DNA from: the human T2T-CHM13v2.0 reference genome, Homo sapiens
Direction: 5' to 3' (one strand)
Assembly: GCF_009914755.1 (NCBI RefSeq)
Contig: NC_060942.1
Length of the DNA: 64,000 nt
Shown here in pieces: positions 14,606 to 27,653 of this stretch; the stretch's first letter is position 1; every line of letters begins with the position of its first letter. The notes beneath the pieces are model-generated. The model ran no database searches. It was given only the letters and a program-made list of their open reading frames with translations, and was not told the DNA's origin. Both the position numbers and the translations under genes were made by a program.

Positions 14606-15030
14606 AAAGCCTTCTCTTGTCATTGTGGAATGTGGTGTAAGGATGATGGACACTGAGCCAACCATCTCATTCAGGCTCTAACGTCATTTTGCTTTCCAAA
14701 TTCTTGTCTCTCCTGATATTATTTCACTTGGCCCTTTTTGTTTCCAGCATAACTAGGAGTGCCATCTTATATATTTTAACAAAACTGTCAAGGTTTATAA
14801 CCAGACAAGAGAGGAGTTATGTGGGAAAATATATATTTATTATCCAAAAATTAATATCATATTTCCTTGTCAATCCATTTTTCCTTCTTCAGACTAAACA
14901 TTCATGGTTCTCTTCTCCATTCTTCATACAACAGTTTCTGGCCATCATTCTCTTGAAATTTCTTAGCCTAACAATACCCCCACTAAGTGCTTGGTTATCA
15001 GCACTAGACATCCAAACATAACTTAATAGA

Positions 15031-15280
15031 TAATAATAATAATATTAGCTAAGATTTCATGAGTGTTTTCTATGAGTGAGAAATTGTTCTAAGCATTAGA
15101 TAGAGTCAATGATTTAAATTTCACAACAATCCTATAAGCACTACCATTAGCCTTGCTCTAAAGACCAGGAAACGGAGACATAGAGAGGTTGAGGAACATG
15201 CTTATGATTGTATGGCTGGTAAGTGGAATTTAAATTGAGACAGTCTTGCCCTAGGAGCTGTGCTCTTAACCATCCTGCTA
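15031..15280 (-). mobile_element. MIR SINE
   Basis: tcacaacaatcctata...ggaaacggagacatagagaggttgag core...tgctcttaaccatc. Confidence 0.8.
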
Positions 15281-15329
15281 GGACTGTTTACTGCCCTACT
15301 TTGGTTTTATTTAAACTAATGTTAATACA

Positions 15330-16875
15330 ATATTTTATAGTGTTAAAGAATGAACTGCACATTTGAAGACAGCCTCTATCCTAAAGAAGACAGAATAAAA
15401 GTTGTAAAAGTCAAAATGGAACCAAATGGAAATAGTGGCAAGTCAGTGTAAGAAGAAAATTATAAAGAAAATTTAATTAGTAGTCTCAGAGAGAAAAGGA
15501 AAAATATTGCTTTGATGAAAATGTAGACATGATACATTAAAAAGGGAATAATCAGTGAATATAAGCTCTTATAAATAAAAACATTTAGTAACTGAAATAA
15601 AAATTAGATGGAAAGGTTGTAAGATAAATCAAGGTAATCTCTTTAGAAGTAGGAAAAAAGCTCAAGAAAATGGACAATCTGAGAGGATAAGAAAAATCGA
15701 AAATTAATGCAGAAGGACTTATATCCAACTAATGTGTAAAAGATCCTTTTAGGTCAATGAGAAGTAGAGGAAGACTTTTTTTAAAGTACATAGAATTTTT
15801 TTTTAAATCTCAGACTGAAGTATACGACAATCAAGATGAAAAAGGCCCTTTGTGTACTAAGCACAATGTTGGAATAAAGAACAAACACTGAACATAAAGA
15901 AACATTCCTAAAGGCGTTGAGAAGGGGAGACAGACTGAGCCAAATCGGTAACATGACAAATAATAAGAATCAAAAAGTGGCATCACGCTTCTTGACTTGG
16001 ATTTCTACACCCAGTGAAATTACCTTTTAATAAAAGAGGAAATGAAAACACTTCCAGACTTGTATAATCTCATAACATTTACTTTCTATACTATGGAAAA
16101 AAGTTCTGTGCTCAAACAATAAAATAAACCCAGAAAGAAAATAACATGGGAACAAACTCAGAAGAGGAATTACTGGATGACTACAAAAGCAAGTCCCAGG
16201 GAAACTGCTGTGCCAGCCAGACCAGAATACAAACATCCCAGAATGGAGTGGGAGGTAGATGGCTCAAGGTTTGGGGCCAAAGATAGATCAAGAGGGTTAT
16301 CTTCTGGAAGAAACAAAGCTGACAGGTTATGTGGCAAATCGTAGAGGGAATGCTTAGCCAGAGAGTCACAAAAAAACTAACCAAATGTGAAAAAGAAGGA
16401 ATTAGTAACTCCAGGGAAACACTAAAATTTGCAGGAGATAGAAAGCACAAATACAGTACTGTATTTGGCTCAGCACTAAACAGTATATTCATGGTCATGA
16501 TAATGAAAAAGCTGACAATAAATTTAACCATATAATGATGATAAAACTATATTTTGGAGTATGGAGGAAGAAGAAGAAAGTTTTTTTTAAATTAAAACCT
16601 TCACCTATCATAAATAAAAAGTCAATAGATAAAGTCTGTAGATGGTGCATCTGATAACAGTATATACATATTATTTAGAAATATGAAGATAAACTAAAAA
16701 AAAAAAAAAAACAGCTGAAGGAGTTGCAAATAGATACCATTGAAAAGTAAAAGAAATGGAGTGGAGGCTTCACCAGGGGAGACATTAGACTATTTTTTAA
16801 TTTGTATGCAACTTTAAAAATTCATTAATTAAAACATGAAACAAATTAAACCAAAAAATAAATGAATAAAGCAAA
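15330..16875 (+). mobile_element. HAL1 (half-L1, ORF1-only LINE derivative)
   Basis: Decayed ORF1-like A-rich region followed by ggctcagcactaaacagtatattcatggtcatgataatg...aatttaacca...actatattttggag, resembling the HAL1 3' region, with an A-rich end and no ORF2 motifs. Confidence 0.65.
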
Positions 16876-16884
16876 AATCTCCAA

Positions 16885-17260
16885 GCATATGAACATTCTT
16901 TGCTGTATATTTGACTCTTCTATGGATTGTTGACATTTGATGCGTGCACATCACGAGCATTGCCATGTTTTCAACATTTAATAGACGAAAAGGCGTAACT
17001 TTCCAAGTTCACATCGCTGTGGTGCTAGTGGAGATGACTCATTGGCCCATTGATATCCTTTTCTGTGACTTTTTTCCACTCTTTTGCCTATTTTAACTTC
17101 TCATTGATCTAAAAGGTTCTTTCACATCGAGATGATTGACTTGTTGGCTATTATTTTCAGCAGTTAATTTTTTAAACTTTATATTTTCACATTTTAAAAT
17201 ATTTTTGTGTGGTCAAAACATCTGTTTTTGGAATTTCTCCTCCTGTGTGGTTCACTGTTT
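16885..17260 (-). mobile_element. Old L1ME 3' fragment
   Basis: attggcccattgatatccttttctgtga...cttttgcctatttt...ttgatctaaaaggttcttt pattern. Confidence 0.45.
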
Positions 17261-18959
17261 TCAGAGAGTCAGTAAAATGCACTTAAAAACAAAAGCAAAC
17301 AGTAACAACGAAATACCAAGGTCCTGACAGTGTCAACACAGTATTTCAAAAATGCCCACTCACTGCAGGCCTCTGGCTTCCATCAAAGTGTGCTCCAACA
17401 GAAGCAGGCAGAACAGAGAGTCACTGGGCCCACTGACTGGAGTGAATCTCCACGGCCAAATCACTAGAGTTCAGGAACCAGAATAGCGGTGATAATTCAC
17501 TAATGCTGACTGAACACTCATTAACAGGCAGGCACTAGTCCAAGCAACTTACCTGCTTGCCTCATCAGTCCAGGAGACACTGGAACTGGGACTTCCAGGT
17601 CTGGGAGCCTTGCTACACAACTTGTGTGCTGGGAGGGGTCAGGACAGCGGGGGTCAGGTCCTGGTGTGTGAGTCTGAAATAAAAACATAGATCATTGATC
17701 ATTCTCACTGTAAATTGGGGATCATGTTTGAGGCTTAAATAATAACCTTTCAAACCATAAAACCAAAACAAAGCATTATTTGTGTTTCTCCACGGCATTC
17801 CTTTGCAATGCAACAATCGACTTGTTTAAAGACGTTGCCGCTGAGTGGATGGGGAGTTATAATTCTCAGTTCTGCTGCAGCTTCTATCACTCACCTTTTT
17901 TTTCATATTCGGAACTTGTTTTCCCACCCACAAATTATAAATATCACATGTCCCCTCTATTTGGAATGCGCTGGCATTGCTATCAGAATTCTCTTCCCTG
18001 TGTGTGAGACACCTTGCACCTCGGCTTTTCTGTGGATAAGTCACACATTTTGAGTCTCACTTAGTGCGGTCATGGCCAGATGAGAAGCGGGAGAGGATAC
18101 TAGCTAAACGTACAGGCGGGCAGTCCCGCCAGCTCTTTCGTAGAAGGAGGTCGCGGAGGACGCCTAGAGAGAGCCCCACACTGGCTCCCATCCAGCCACG
18201 CTGCAGGGCAGCAGGCACGCTTCCCACTCGGCTTCTCCTGCATCGCCCCCTTTTTCATTCTTCTCCTTTTCTGCAGTTTCTGCCCCTTGGCCTCCCACAT
18301 CTGACCAGTACACCTCAGCTCCATCCGTCCACAAAAGGCCTTCCAGTTCTATCTTCCCTGACCCTTTCTCCCCACACCCTCGCCTTTGCAGTCTTCTCTA
18401 GGACTTTGCTCTGAGATTTCACAGACTAGTACCTGATAAACTGTTAACTAGTGATCATGATTCAGTTGGTGACTCTCACACCACACACTTGCCTTTCAGC
18501 AGATCTGTTCAAAATTCGCCTCAGTGGTGGCCTTTTCAAGGAAGGGCTCTGCAGGCAGGCCTGATGTCCTCACCCTGTAGACGAGGGAAGCTGGTTGCAG
18601 CCTCTCCAAGGATGCTGGCGAATCTGACATCCATAGCCAGTGGAGGATCAGTGGGGTCTCCTATTGATCGGCATTTCACTGTTCCTGAAGTAGCACGATT
18701 TTCAATAGGTGCTGCTGCCAGGGATAGCTGGTTCCCAGGGTCACGAGCAACATGGCTGTACGGGAAAAGCACGTGTCCTTGGAAAGGTAAAGCGACTGGA
18801 GGGGATGGAACCTCCGGTCACGCTCATGACAAGCTCCCTCCTCATCACATGGCCCTCCAGGGTCCTGCGGATCCCAGTTCATGTTAATTTCTGGATTTTC
18901 CTGAACTGCTTCATAGTTGATGTGGCTATCACTCCGGTTTATAAACTTAAAAAGCAATA

Positions 18960-19275
18960 TACAAATTTAAATTTTTAAAAAAGAATTGCTACTATAATGA
19001 CTTCATTTTAATATATAATATATAAATAAAATAGGTTAACTAAATATAATAATGATATTAATCATATAATTTTATAATTACCTCAATTAATTATATAATA
19101 ATTACAGTACATTAATTAATATAATAATACAATTATATGGTCATTAAATAATTTTAATACTGACACATATATAATTTAAATAGTTTAATAAAATCCATTA
19201 TATAAGAAATAAATTTAAATAGTAATTTAATACAATAAGTTATAAATACATATAATAAACAAATTTTACTATACA
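18960..19275. repeat. AT-rich low-complexity tract
   Basis: Almost exclusively A/T (tataataataatatt-type) over about 310 bp. Confidence 0.9.
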
Positions 19276-20165
19276 AATATCCCACTCCTACAAGCACAAG
19301 ACAGCTTTCATATAGATCAACTCCCCAGAACGGTGCTCAGCTCATTTAACATTTAAATTAAGCACATGGTGTGAATCCCTTTAAAATCGTGCCTTTGCTG
19401 AAGTGGTTTACCCACATCCATGGCGAGGTTCCTCTGCCTGCCTCCGCTGATCATATTAGTGAAATGTCAGACGAGTTGTTTGACTGACTTGACTTTTAAA
19501 AGTCTAATTGGGTAGTCGCATTGTTTAGAGTCAAACCTGTTTTTAAATACAATGGAATTCCAAAGTTCAGAAGCAGCCACCTTCCCACTGGCTTTGGGTC
19601 TGAGCTGCCTGTGACCTGTGTGTGATGCTGCCCATGACAGGCCCTGCCATCCTGCCCTGGCCCATGGCTGGCCCGCTCCCCTTGGCCAGCTGACCCAGCT
19701 CCACCACAGACACACGGCACACATCATACCAAGAGGCTGTAAAGCTTAGTTAATATTTAAAACATTTTGATGCTCAGATAAAAGGGGATTCAAGTTGTCA
19801 CCAATTAGTAGGAAAAGACTAATTATTATACAGACCTATGATCCTTTATAAGTAGAAACATTAAAGGAATCTAAAAGCTATCACTTTTTATGAGAGAGCA
19901 GATGGCCTGAATTAGACCCCTAAAAGATAATGAATGTGTGTGCGTGTGCCTGTCCACGAACGCGCCTGTATGTGTATCACTAAACAGGAATCTTTTCATA
20001 AGGGCTGTTGAAGGAAAAAAGAGAGAATAGAACAGAAAACACAATGTCAATGTTGCTGTCGTCATTCTAGCCAGTATTGTCCATGGGAATTTATCCAGAA
20101 AAACATTGTCTTCTTTTCCACACCTTTAACTGCTTGGAAATATGCTTACATTTCAATTTTTCTAT

Positions 20166-20310
20166 TTCAACAAAATTCAATCGTTTAGAAAATAAATATT
20201 TATTGAGTTCCTACTATGGTTTGAACACTCAGATAGCGCGATAAACAAACTACCCTAACTGGTTCTTCAGGAGCTTACAGTTCAGCAGCAGAAGAGAGTT
20301 GAGCACATGA
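20166..20310 (-). mobile_element. L2 3' end fragment
   Basis: aataaatatttattgagttcctactatg...tcaggagcttacagttcag. Confidence 0.65.
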
Positions 20311-21064
20311 CATGTGGTAAGGGCTGTTATCCTATAGCCCAGTTTGGCCTCATCACCCTGATCACCACCAAAGTGCCTTCTGGTGCACACGGGAAGAAGC
20401 AGCTTGTTTCATGTCAGCCCTTGAGTGTTCTCCCTACTGGGTGTTTTTTTAGGATTTTGTTGTTGTTGTTCTGTGTTCCTTCCTGAACCTCATAGAGGGC
20501 TTAGGATCACTGTTGCCCCTGCTGCTGGTCATATCTGAAACCCCTCAGTGGACAGTCATGTGCCATGATAGAGGTGTTGTGGGACACACTGAGGGGACAT
20601 CTTTCAAGAGTAGCAGTCCAACGCTGTCTTCGCCTACCACACGTGGAAACCTTTTGCTTTGTCTGCCCAGACTTCACTTTCGTACGTCATGGTGTTTCAT
20701 AGCCTCTACTATAGGCTTGGGAGGTAGCTGAGGGAACTTGATGTATGGAAAAGCATACCAGAATAAGCGTGGTCCCTCTCAAAGGCCAAATGAAACTTTT
20801 GCAAAGAAGTTCAAATCTCTGCAACCCTCCAAACTGTTTTTCCCCAAGAAGGAAAGTCGCAGGACTCCTATACCTTTTATGCAAACACAGTATCTTCCAG
20901 TGGTGGCTGAGAGATGCTGAGTGCAGGAGGTGTCTGTACTTGAGTGATCTGGACTGTACTTTGTCATTTATAGTTGATCTCCTCTGAGGTCTCCATGCCA
21001 GTGTAAAGGGAGAATATTTGCTAATAATTTGTCTACATCTTCTGAAGAAACCCATTGGTTCTAA

Positions 21065-21172
21065 CATGCATACACAAGCATACAAACACACATGCATGTG
21101 CATACACACATGTACAACATGCATGAGCATGCAGAAACACACATGCTTATGTACACACGCACACCACATGCA
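21065..21172. repeat. Degenerate (CA)/(CATG) purine-pyrimidine repeat
   Basis: catgcatacacaagcatacaaacacacatgcatgtgcatacacacatgtac... Confidence 0.85.
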
Positions 21173-23277
21173 CCAATGATTTTCTGAGATTCTTTAGCAT
21201 ATATCCATTAAGTAAGGGAAATATTTTCCTAATTGCAACATGATCTATCTGTTCAGTTTTCTGTCCCACAAAGGAGATGGCATTCCACATTATTACTCTG
21301 GGTAGTTTCAGACTCTGTTTGTCTTCCTGCTTTAAGAATCTGTACCCTGAGCCTGCTGGTGAAAAATAGGAAACCAATGCGTGAGCTTCACCTCTTATTT
21401 TCTTTACATTTGGACACGTCAGAATTATAGCTAGGGTATCATCAATATCTGTTTTTAAGAGTAAACTCCCAGGGACTGGATGAGAGCAATGAGTGAAGGA
21501 GGATAGTTAAGTATTCCAGAAAAAGTGGGAATAAATAATAATAACTACAAGACTATGACCTTTGGAAAGGACTGAATTAAACTGCCTGCTTTCAATATAA
21601 CTTGTTTCAATTCGATGGGTTTTTTTTCTAACTTGGTTTACAAATATAATGTTAGAAATACTATAAGTTTACTGCACAATGTAAATAGACATAGATTATT
21701 TACAAACAGGTGCAGAAATTTGAGGAATAAGGATTTAGGGTAATAAAGATTCTTTGCATTGAGTTTATACTAGTAACTGTGGGCTATAAAAATAAAGTAT
21801 GGTAAAATGGTAGAGTGATTAAATTTGGCAAGAAAGAATGAATCTTTTACAAACTGAGGGTCTTTTCTCAACTCAGCAGTAAGAGCTGGTATATTAACAT
21901 TTTTATACAATTACTAATGAGTTATTCTAAAATAGTGACTGAGCTTGGATTATCTGACCACAAATGAATTTCTATGCACACGGAGCTGCATTTCAGTAGT
22001 GGGGGCTGCATCACTCGTAACACCGTGCAAAGACAGTTTGCCCCGGGGAGAGGAGGGTCCTGCTTGAGGAAGCTGGACAGGACCTCTCCTTGGGCCATCA
22101 TGTTCATTCATCCAGTTTTTATTTGGCCTTATTCTTCCATTAGTCTAAGTTTCTTCCACTGAGAACACATCCCACCTCTTCCTAATCCAATTCTTTCAAC
22201 ATTTCACCTGTTTGATGAGATATTGTAAATAATGAAGTGCATTAAGGAATGCCCCATCTGTGAGCACAGGTCTCTCCTAATCAGAGAAAAACATTCTCAG
22301 TTTTCTTTCATTCTCCTTTCCCCTCTTCATTGAATTTTATCCAGTTTCCTCTTCTTCCTCCTGACCTTCTGTGACAAATCCATTGATTGAGCTTCTCAGT
22401 TTTAAGACAATAAAGAAGATTTGTTCTTCTAAATTCTTGGTGAAAACAGAAGAAATAAAGAACATTTTTTAAAAGTTACATGAGAGATGGAAGTGTATGT
22501 AGGTCCAGTTCCAAGCTCCTAACCCCTGGTAATGCCAGATCAATGGGGGCTCTGTAAGTGACCTGAGATGAGACACTTTCAGTAGTTAAAAGTGTTTTTA
22601 GGTGATTTTAAAATAGGGCCAAAGAATAAATCCAATAGAAACAAGAAAAGGAGAACTCTGATTCTGGAATGCCCTGTGGTTCTTGAAATGTGAATAAAAT
22701 TACTTCCTGAAAAAGCTCAAAAATGTTGTTAATCATTCCCCTTTCAGTCACAGTGTTTCGCAGAGCCCCATATGCCTGTCTAACAAATAGTACCATTGGC
22801 TTGAGTGACCCAAACTGAGCATAAATCCCCACACACTTCCTACATGTCAAAGTGGCCCATAAGATTTTAAAATAAACATCCTTGCTTGACAACTGCTTTG
22901 CGATTAGCTCATAGGAGCATGCCTGCTGTGTTGACTTGTTCATTCTACCGCCATTCTTTCATGGGTCCATTTGCTCTGCTCTCTGTTTTCAATTGTATAT
23001 TTTATAGAATACTTGTAATCTTCATAACTCTAATGTTCCTGGTAGTCAGACATCACTGAAACCAGGATATTGTGAGTAGTTAAAAGCAATTTAAGTGAGA
23101 GTCCAAGAGAGGTGTTTCAAAGAATGTGTCGAGTCCAAGCAAACTTTTATCTCATCAATTTGTCTCTTCTCCTTTAAGAGAAGAAAGAGGATATCCAATT
23201 AAAAAGTATATAGACCTGCTTGCTAGAATGTGACATGCTAAAAGTTGATTTTAAAACTGAAGTATCATGTGAATATA

Positions 23278-24150
23278 TCCATGCATTAATTCATTTATTT
23301 AACCCTTCTATTAGCATTTGTTATCCACCTAGTATGTAATAGACATTGTGCTTTTATGTTTTATTACATGAGAGATATAAGCTATATACCATCACCATCT
23401 GCCTTCCAGGTACTTCAAATCTGGTAGTGGTAATAAGTTACATACCCAGATAACTTTATTACAAAGTAGAAGGTAATGGTACAATAAAGATATTAATAAT
23501 GCTCTTGGGTGTTCTCAAAAGAAAACACTGGGATCCAACTAGAAGAATGTGAAAAAGTCTTTATGTTGGAACTGGATTTTCCACTCAAAGAACGATCTCT
23601 GAAGAAAATAAAGGCTTCAGCAGGTAGCGATTCAGTAGGAGGTCATCCCAAAGCTACAGTAATCATACTTGGAAAGTCAGTGAGGTGGAAAGCTTAGCTG
23701 TATTTGGAAAATGTTCGTGTAACCTCACTGAGATGTGCCAGGAGATATTTTATGTATGCAAAGTTTTTGAAGAAGACATGAATCCTGACTTAGGGGAGCT
23801 TCCAGTCTGGTATAGGACATGAGGAATGAGAAACTACGTTTAGGACAGTGTGAAGCACTGTATTAGAGATCTACACAGAGAGAGAGAGGAGAGAAGAGGG
23901 GGTACAGAAAGCAATGAAGACTGCATACAGTTTTTACAGACCCAGAGGCAATAGCATATACAAAGATACAGAGATAGGTTTCAGTGGCCAGATCATAGAA
24001 GACAGACAGAGCCAGGAGGGGCAGCAAAGAGAGAGATTGGATAATTAGGTTGAGGTTAGACTGGGAAGAGACTCAAAAGCCAAGAAAAAGCATTTGGTTT
24101 CTTTACCAGGCAACAAAGGCTTCTGACCAAGGAAACAAAATAATCATAGA
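23278..24150 (-). mobile_element. L2 fragments
   Basis: tccatgcattaattcatttatttaac...atttgttatccacctagtatgt; cctgacttaggggagcttccagtctgg; gccaagaaaaagcatttggtttcttta. Confidence 0.55.
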
Positions 24151-24883
24151 AAATTTATATAATTTTCTTTTTTGAAAAGAAGTGCAAATGCCCCTTTTTA
24201 ACCAAAATAATATATAAAACCTCCTTCACTAAAGTCTGGGGGGGTAACAATACATAGATGGTAACACGTATCTAAAGGATCTGCTTGTGAAGCAGTTTTA
24301 AAATGTTTGACCACAGTCAAGTACAAGGATAGCTCAGAACTCCTGAGATTTTAAGATCCACAGGGCATAAGTGTCTGTGTTTATTCATCACCAGGCCCCA
24401 GTCATTTAATTAATATTGGTTAAAAAAGTGAAGGAAGTATCTGACAAGTGAATGAAAAATAAAAATAACCCCAAAATGACTTCGATGTTTACAAATGGCA
24501 GAACAGCAAGGAAGAGCAGTGACGTCTGGGTTTGGATAGACAGCCTCGGAGCACAGGGGAGACCAAGACGCAGTCTTCTGGGTAAGGACGAGAGAGTCAG
24601 GCCCGGACGTTGCTTTCTCCTCTGGTGATCTTCACAACCAAAGGATAATAACAAGAATATATCCTAAAGTCAGAAATAAGCAGCAGATACCACCCCCAGC
24701 AAGCAAAGCCTTTGGTATGGCTTCATGTCTTCTGAACTTTTAGCAAATCTTAAGCAAATCAACAGGTAAGAATGAAGACAAAAATGGGAGCTATAATAAT
24801 GGCCAAAAGTAAGAGCACGGAACATATTAATTCTGGTTATAGGATAAGAAATGACAAAAGGAGGGGTGAAAAGTAATGCTTCA

Positions 24884-25388
<505 letters not shown>

Positions 25389-26586
25389 TCACTCAATAAA
25401 CAAATAGCAAATGCAAATGAATTTCCTCAGCTGCATCTTCTGTTCTGAATTTACTTAGAGGTAACAGGGCGAGGTGGTGGTGTGGCCACCTTGCCACCAG
25501 TCTCCCAGGGTCCAGGGCTGACCTCAGAAGATGGCCCATCCTGGGGAGCCCATCTGCCATTTCAAGATTACGGCAGTAAGCCGGAGATAGTTGTTTTGCT
25601 TTTCACTTTATGATTTAATTTTTTTCTGCTTTGTGGCTTGCTAGGGTGCTCATGAAAGCAAGAGACTAACACAGCTCTGGACAGAGTCAGAAAGAGTGAA
25701 ACTGTAGGCCTTGCCCGCCTTTCCCAAATGCACTGCCAGGATTCCCAGTTGTGTGCACCAGACCTCAATGTTGACCCGAAAGGCCTTTCCAGAATGTGTC
25801 CTGCTGGCTGGGGTGACTTGCCAAATGCCACTTGGGTTTGAGAAGGCTGACCAGGATGCACAATGCATGGGATGAGGTTGCACAATCAATGTCCCTTGAC
25901 ACTGAGACTTCACTTGGCTCTAACTCTATGAGATAAAGTAATAGGAAAGCCTGAAACCGGAGTTCTCTCACCTGAGAACAAATAGCGGTTCTAGTGAATT
26001 CTCATCCTTGACACTGGCAGTGTGGCTCAGCTCTCCAAACCCCATCCTGCCTTCTGTCCATCCCCAGCTAGGAAAAGCAAAGCCAGCCTGGGTCACCTTG
26101 TCTGGTGCAGAATCCATCGGGCTTCACAGCCTCTGGCATCTGCACAAGTCTCCTTTAAGCCGGAACTTGTCTGTCACTATTTCCATGGTGGAATCATTTC
26201 ATCTGTAATACTTTTCCATCCAGGGCTGGAGAGGAGGCGGCTGCAGCTTTACCTGCTGTTCAAACCAGGCACGGTAGAGAGACCATTTTTCTTTGTGTTT
26301 GAAACCAACAGGAGGACGAAAAGGCCCCATAAATACAGCCAATCAGGAGTATTTTATATCTATTGCTGTGATGAGAAAGCCCACCTGTAACGAAATAGAA
26401 GAGGGATGCAAGGAAATAAGAAAAAAAAAAGAAGTAAAGGAAGAAAGATTTAGGGAAAAAAGGAAGCAGGGTTAATCCTTCATGTTGAAAGCTCCTGTGG
26501 TTTATAGCAAAATAGGGCTTTGGACTGTCAGGGCTATTAGTCAAGGGTTAAATGTCACTCAAATCACGCCCGTTATGAATTGGAAA

Positions 26587-26643
26587 GTGCGTGTGTGTGT
26601 GTGTGTGTGTGTGTTTGTGATGTGCGTGTGTGTGTGTGATGTG
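26587..26643. repeat. Interrupted (TG)n microsatellite
   Basis: Read directly from the sequence. Confidence 0.95.
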
Positions 26644-27474
26644 GCCGTGGGAAAAGGATAGAGATTCTACTTTTTTATGCATTTCAAATTGAGCCACGCT
26701 GGCCTGGAGATGACCCGCCACACGATTTTTAAATTATCTCCGTGTGCGCTCTGCTTGTTTTGGAAATACCCTAAATAAAAATAATGGACTGTCTTCTAAT
26801 AAGTCTCATTGTGAGGATTCCACATATCAAACAAAGCTGTGCAGCTTGGAGGCAAACGGCGGGCGTGTGTGATCTCCTGGAAGAGAGACAAATGGCAGTG
26901 TGGGGAGCTCCATCCAGGGAACGCTGACAAGGAAATGGCATTCTGAAACTGACACATCTGTCAGGGCAGAGGATATTGGCACCTGTCATGCAATTTCAGT
27001 CATGACTTTTAATAAAGCTGCTTTCCCTTAGGTAAAATTGGAACTTGACTGTAATATTAGCTGCAAGCACGTCTTGTGTTCCCCTTCAGAGCGCTTTTGT
27101 ACGTGAGGCGGTTCCAATGAACCTGAAAGCTGAAGTAATGATGTTTACCAGCTTTCCTTGCCTCCCCAGAACTCGGGATTTGAAGAAAGAAAAAAAAAGA
27201 TGCTGCACTGAGTTCTTTTCTTCCTTTATTTTTGTTCCTCCTTGCTTCCCTCTTTCCTTCCTTCCTTTCTCTTTCTTTCTGTCTCTTTCTTTCTTTTGCA
27301 AAATGTCTCCCTTCACCAATTAAAGCTGGTTTCCGCGTTTATGCTCATATCACTTGCCCCTCTCCTCCCCCATTGCCTCCTTCCGCCTTTCCTCTGCTTT
27401 GACTGGGTTGTTGTTTGAGTAAATTTAGCCCGGAGAAGTATGTATATCATAAAAACTGGGTTGGGATTTGTTGG

Positions 27475-27492
27475 CTGTCAGTCAATAAATCA
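27475..27492 (-). promoter_or_regulatory. Composite PBX-HOX plus PBX-MEIS/PREP motif (candidate enhancer core)
   Basis: Minus strand TGATTTAT-TGACTGACAG in repeat-poor sequence; motif match only. Confidence 0.45.
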
Positions 27493-27606
27493 GTCAGAGT
27501 TTAATTACCAGGCATGTGAGGGGCGGCGGTGACAGGCACCAGCTCTAGCAGAGACCAGTTCTTTTGGGACAACCACTATTAAAAAAAAAAAAAGCTAAAA
27601 ATGAGA

Positions 27607-27608
<2 letters not shown>

Positions 27609-27650
<42 letters not shown>
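27609..27650. repeat. Perfect (TG)21 microsatellite
   Basis: Read directly from the sequence. Confidence 0.98.

Positions 27651-27653
<3 letters not shown>

Noticed and set aside
20687-21169. 160-aa ORF with a Cys/His/Met-rich N-terminus
   Set aside because: The N-terminus is translated (TG/CATG) simple repeat; the rest has no homology I recognise
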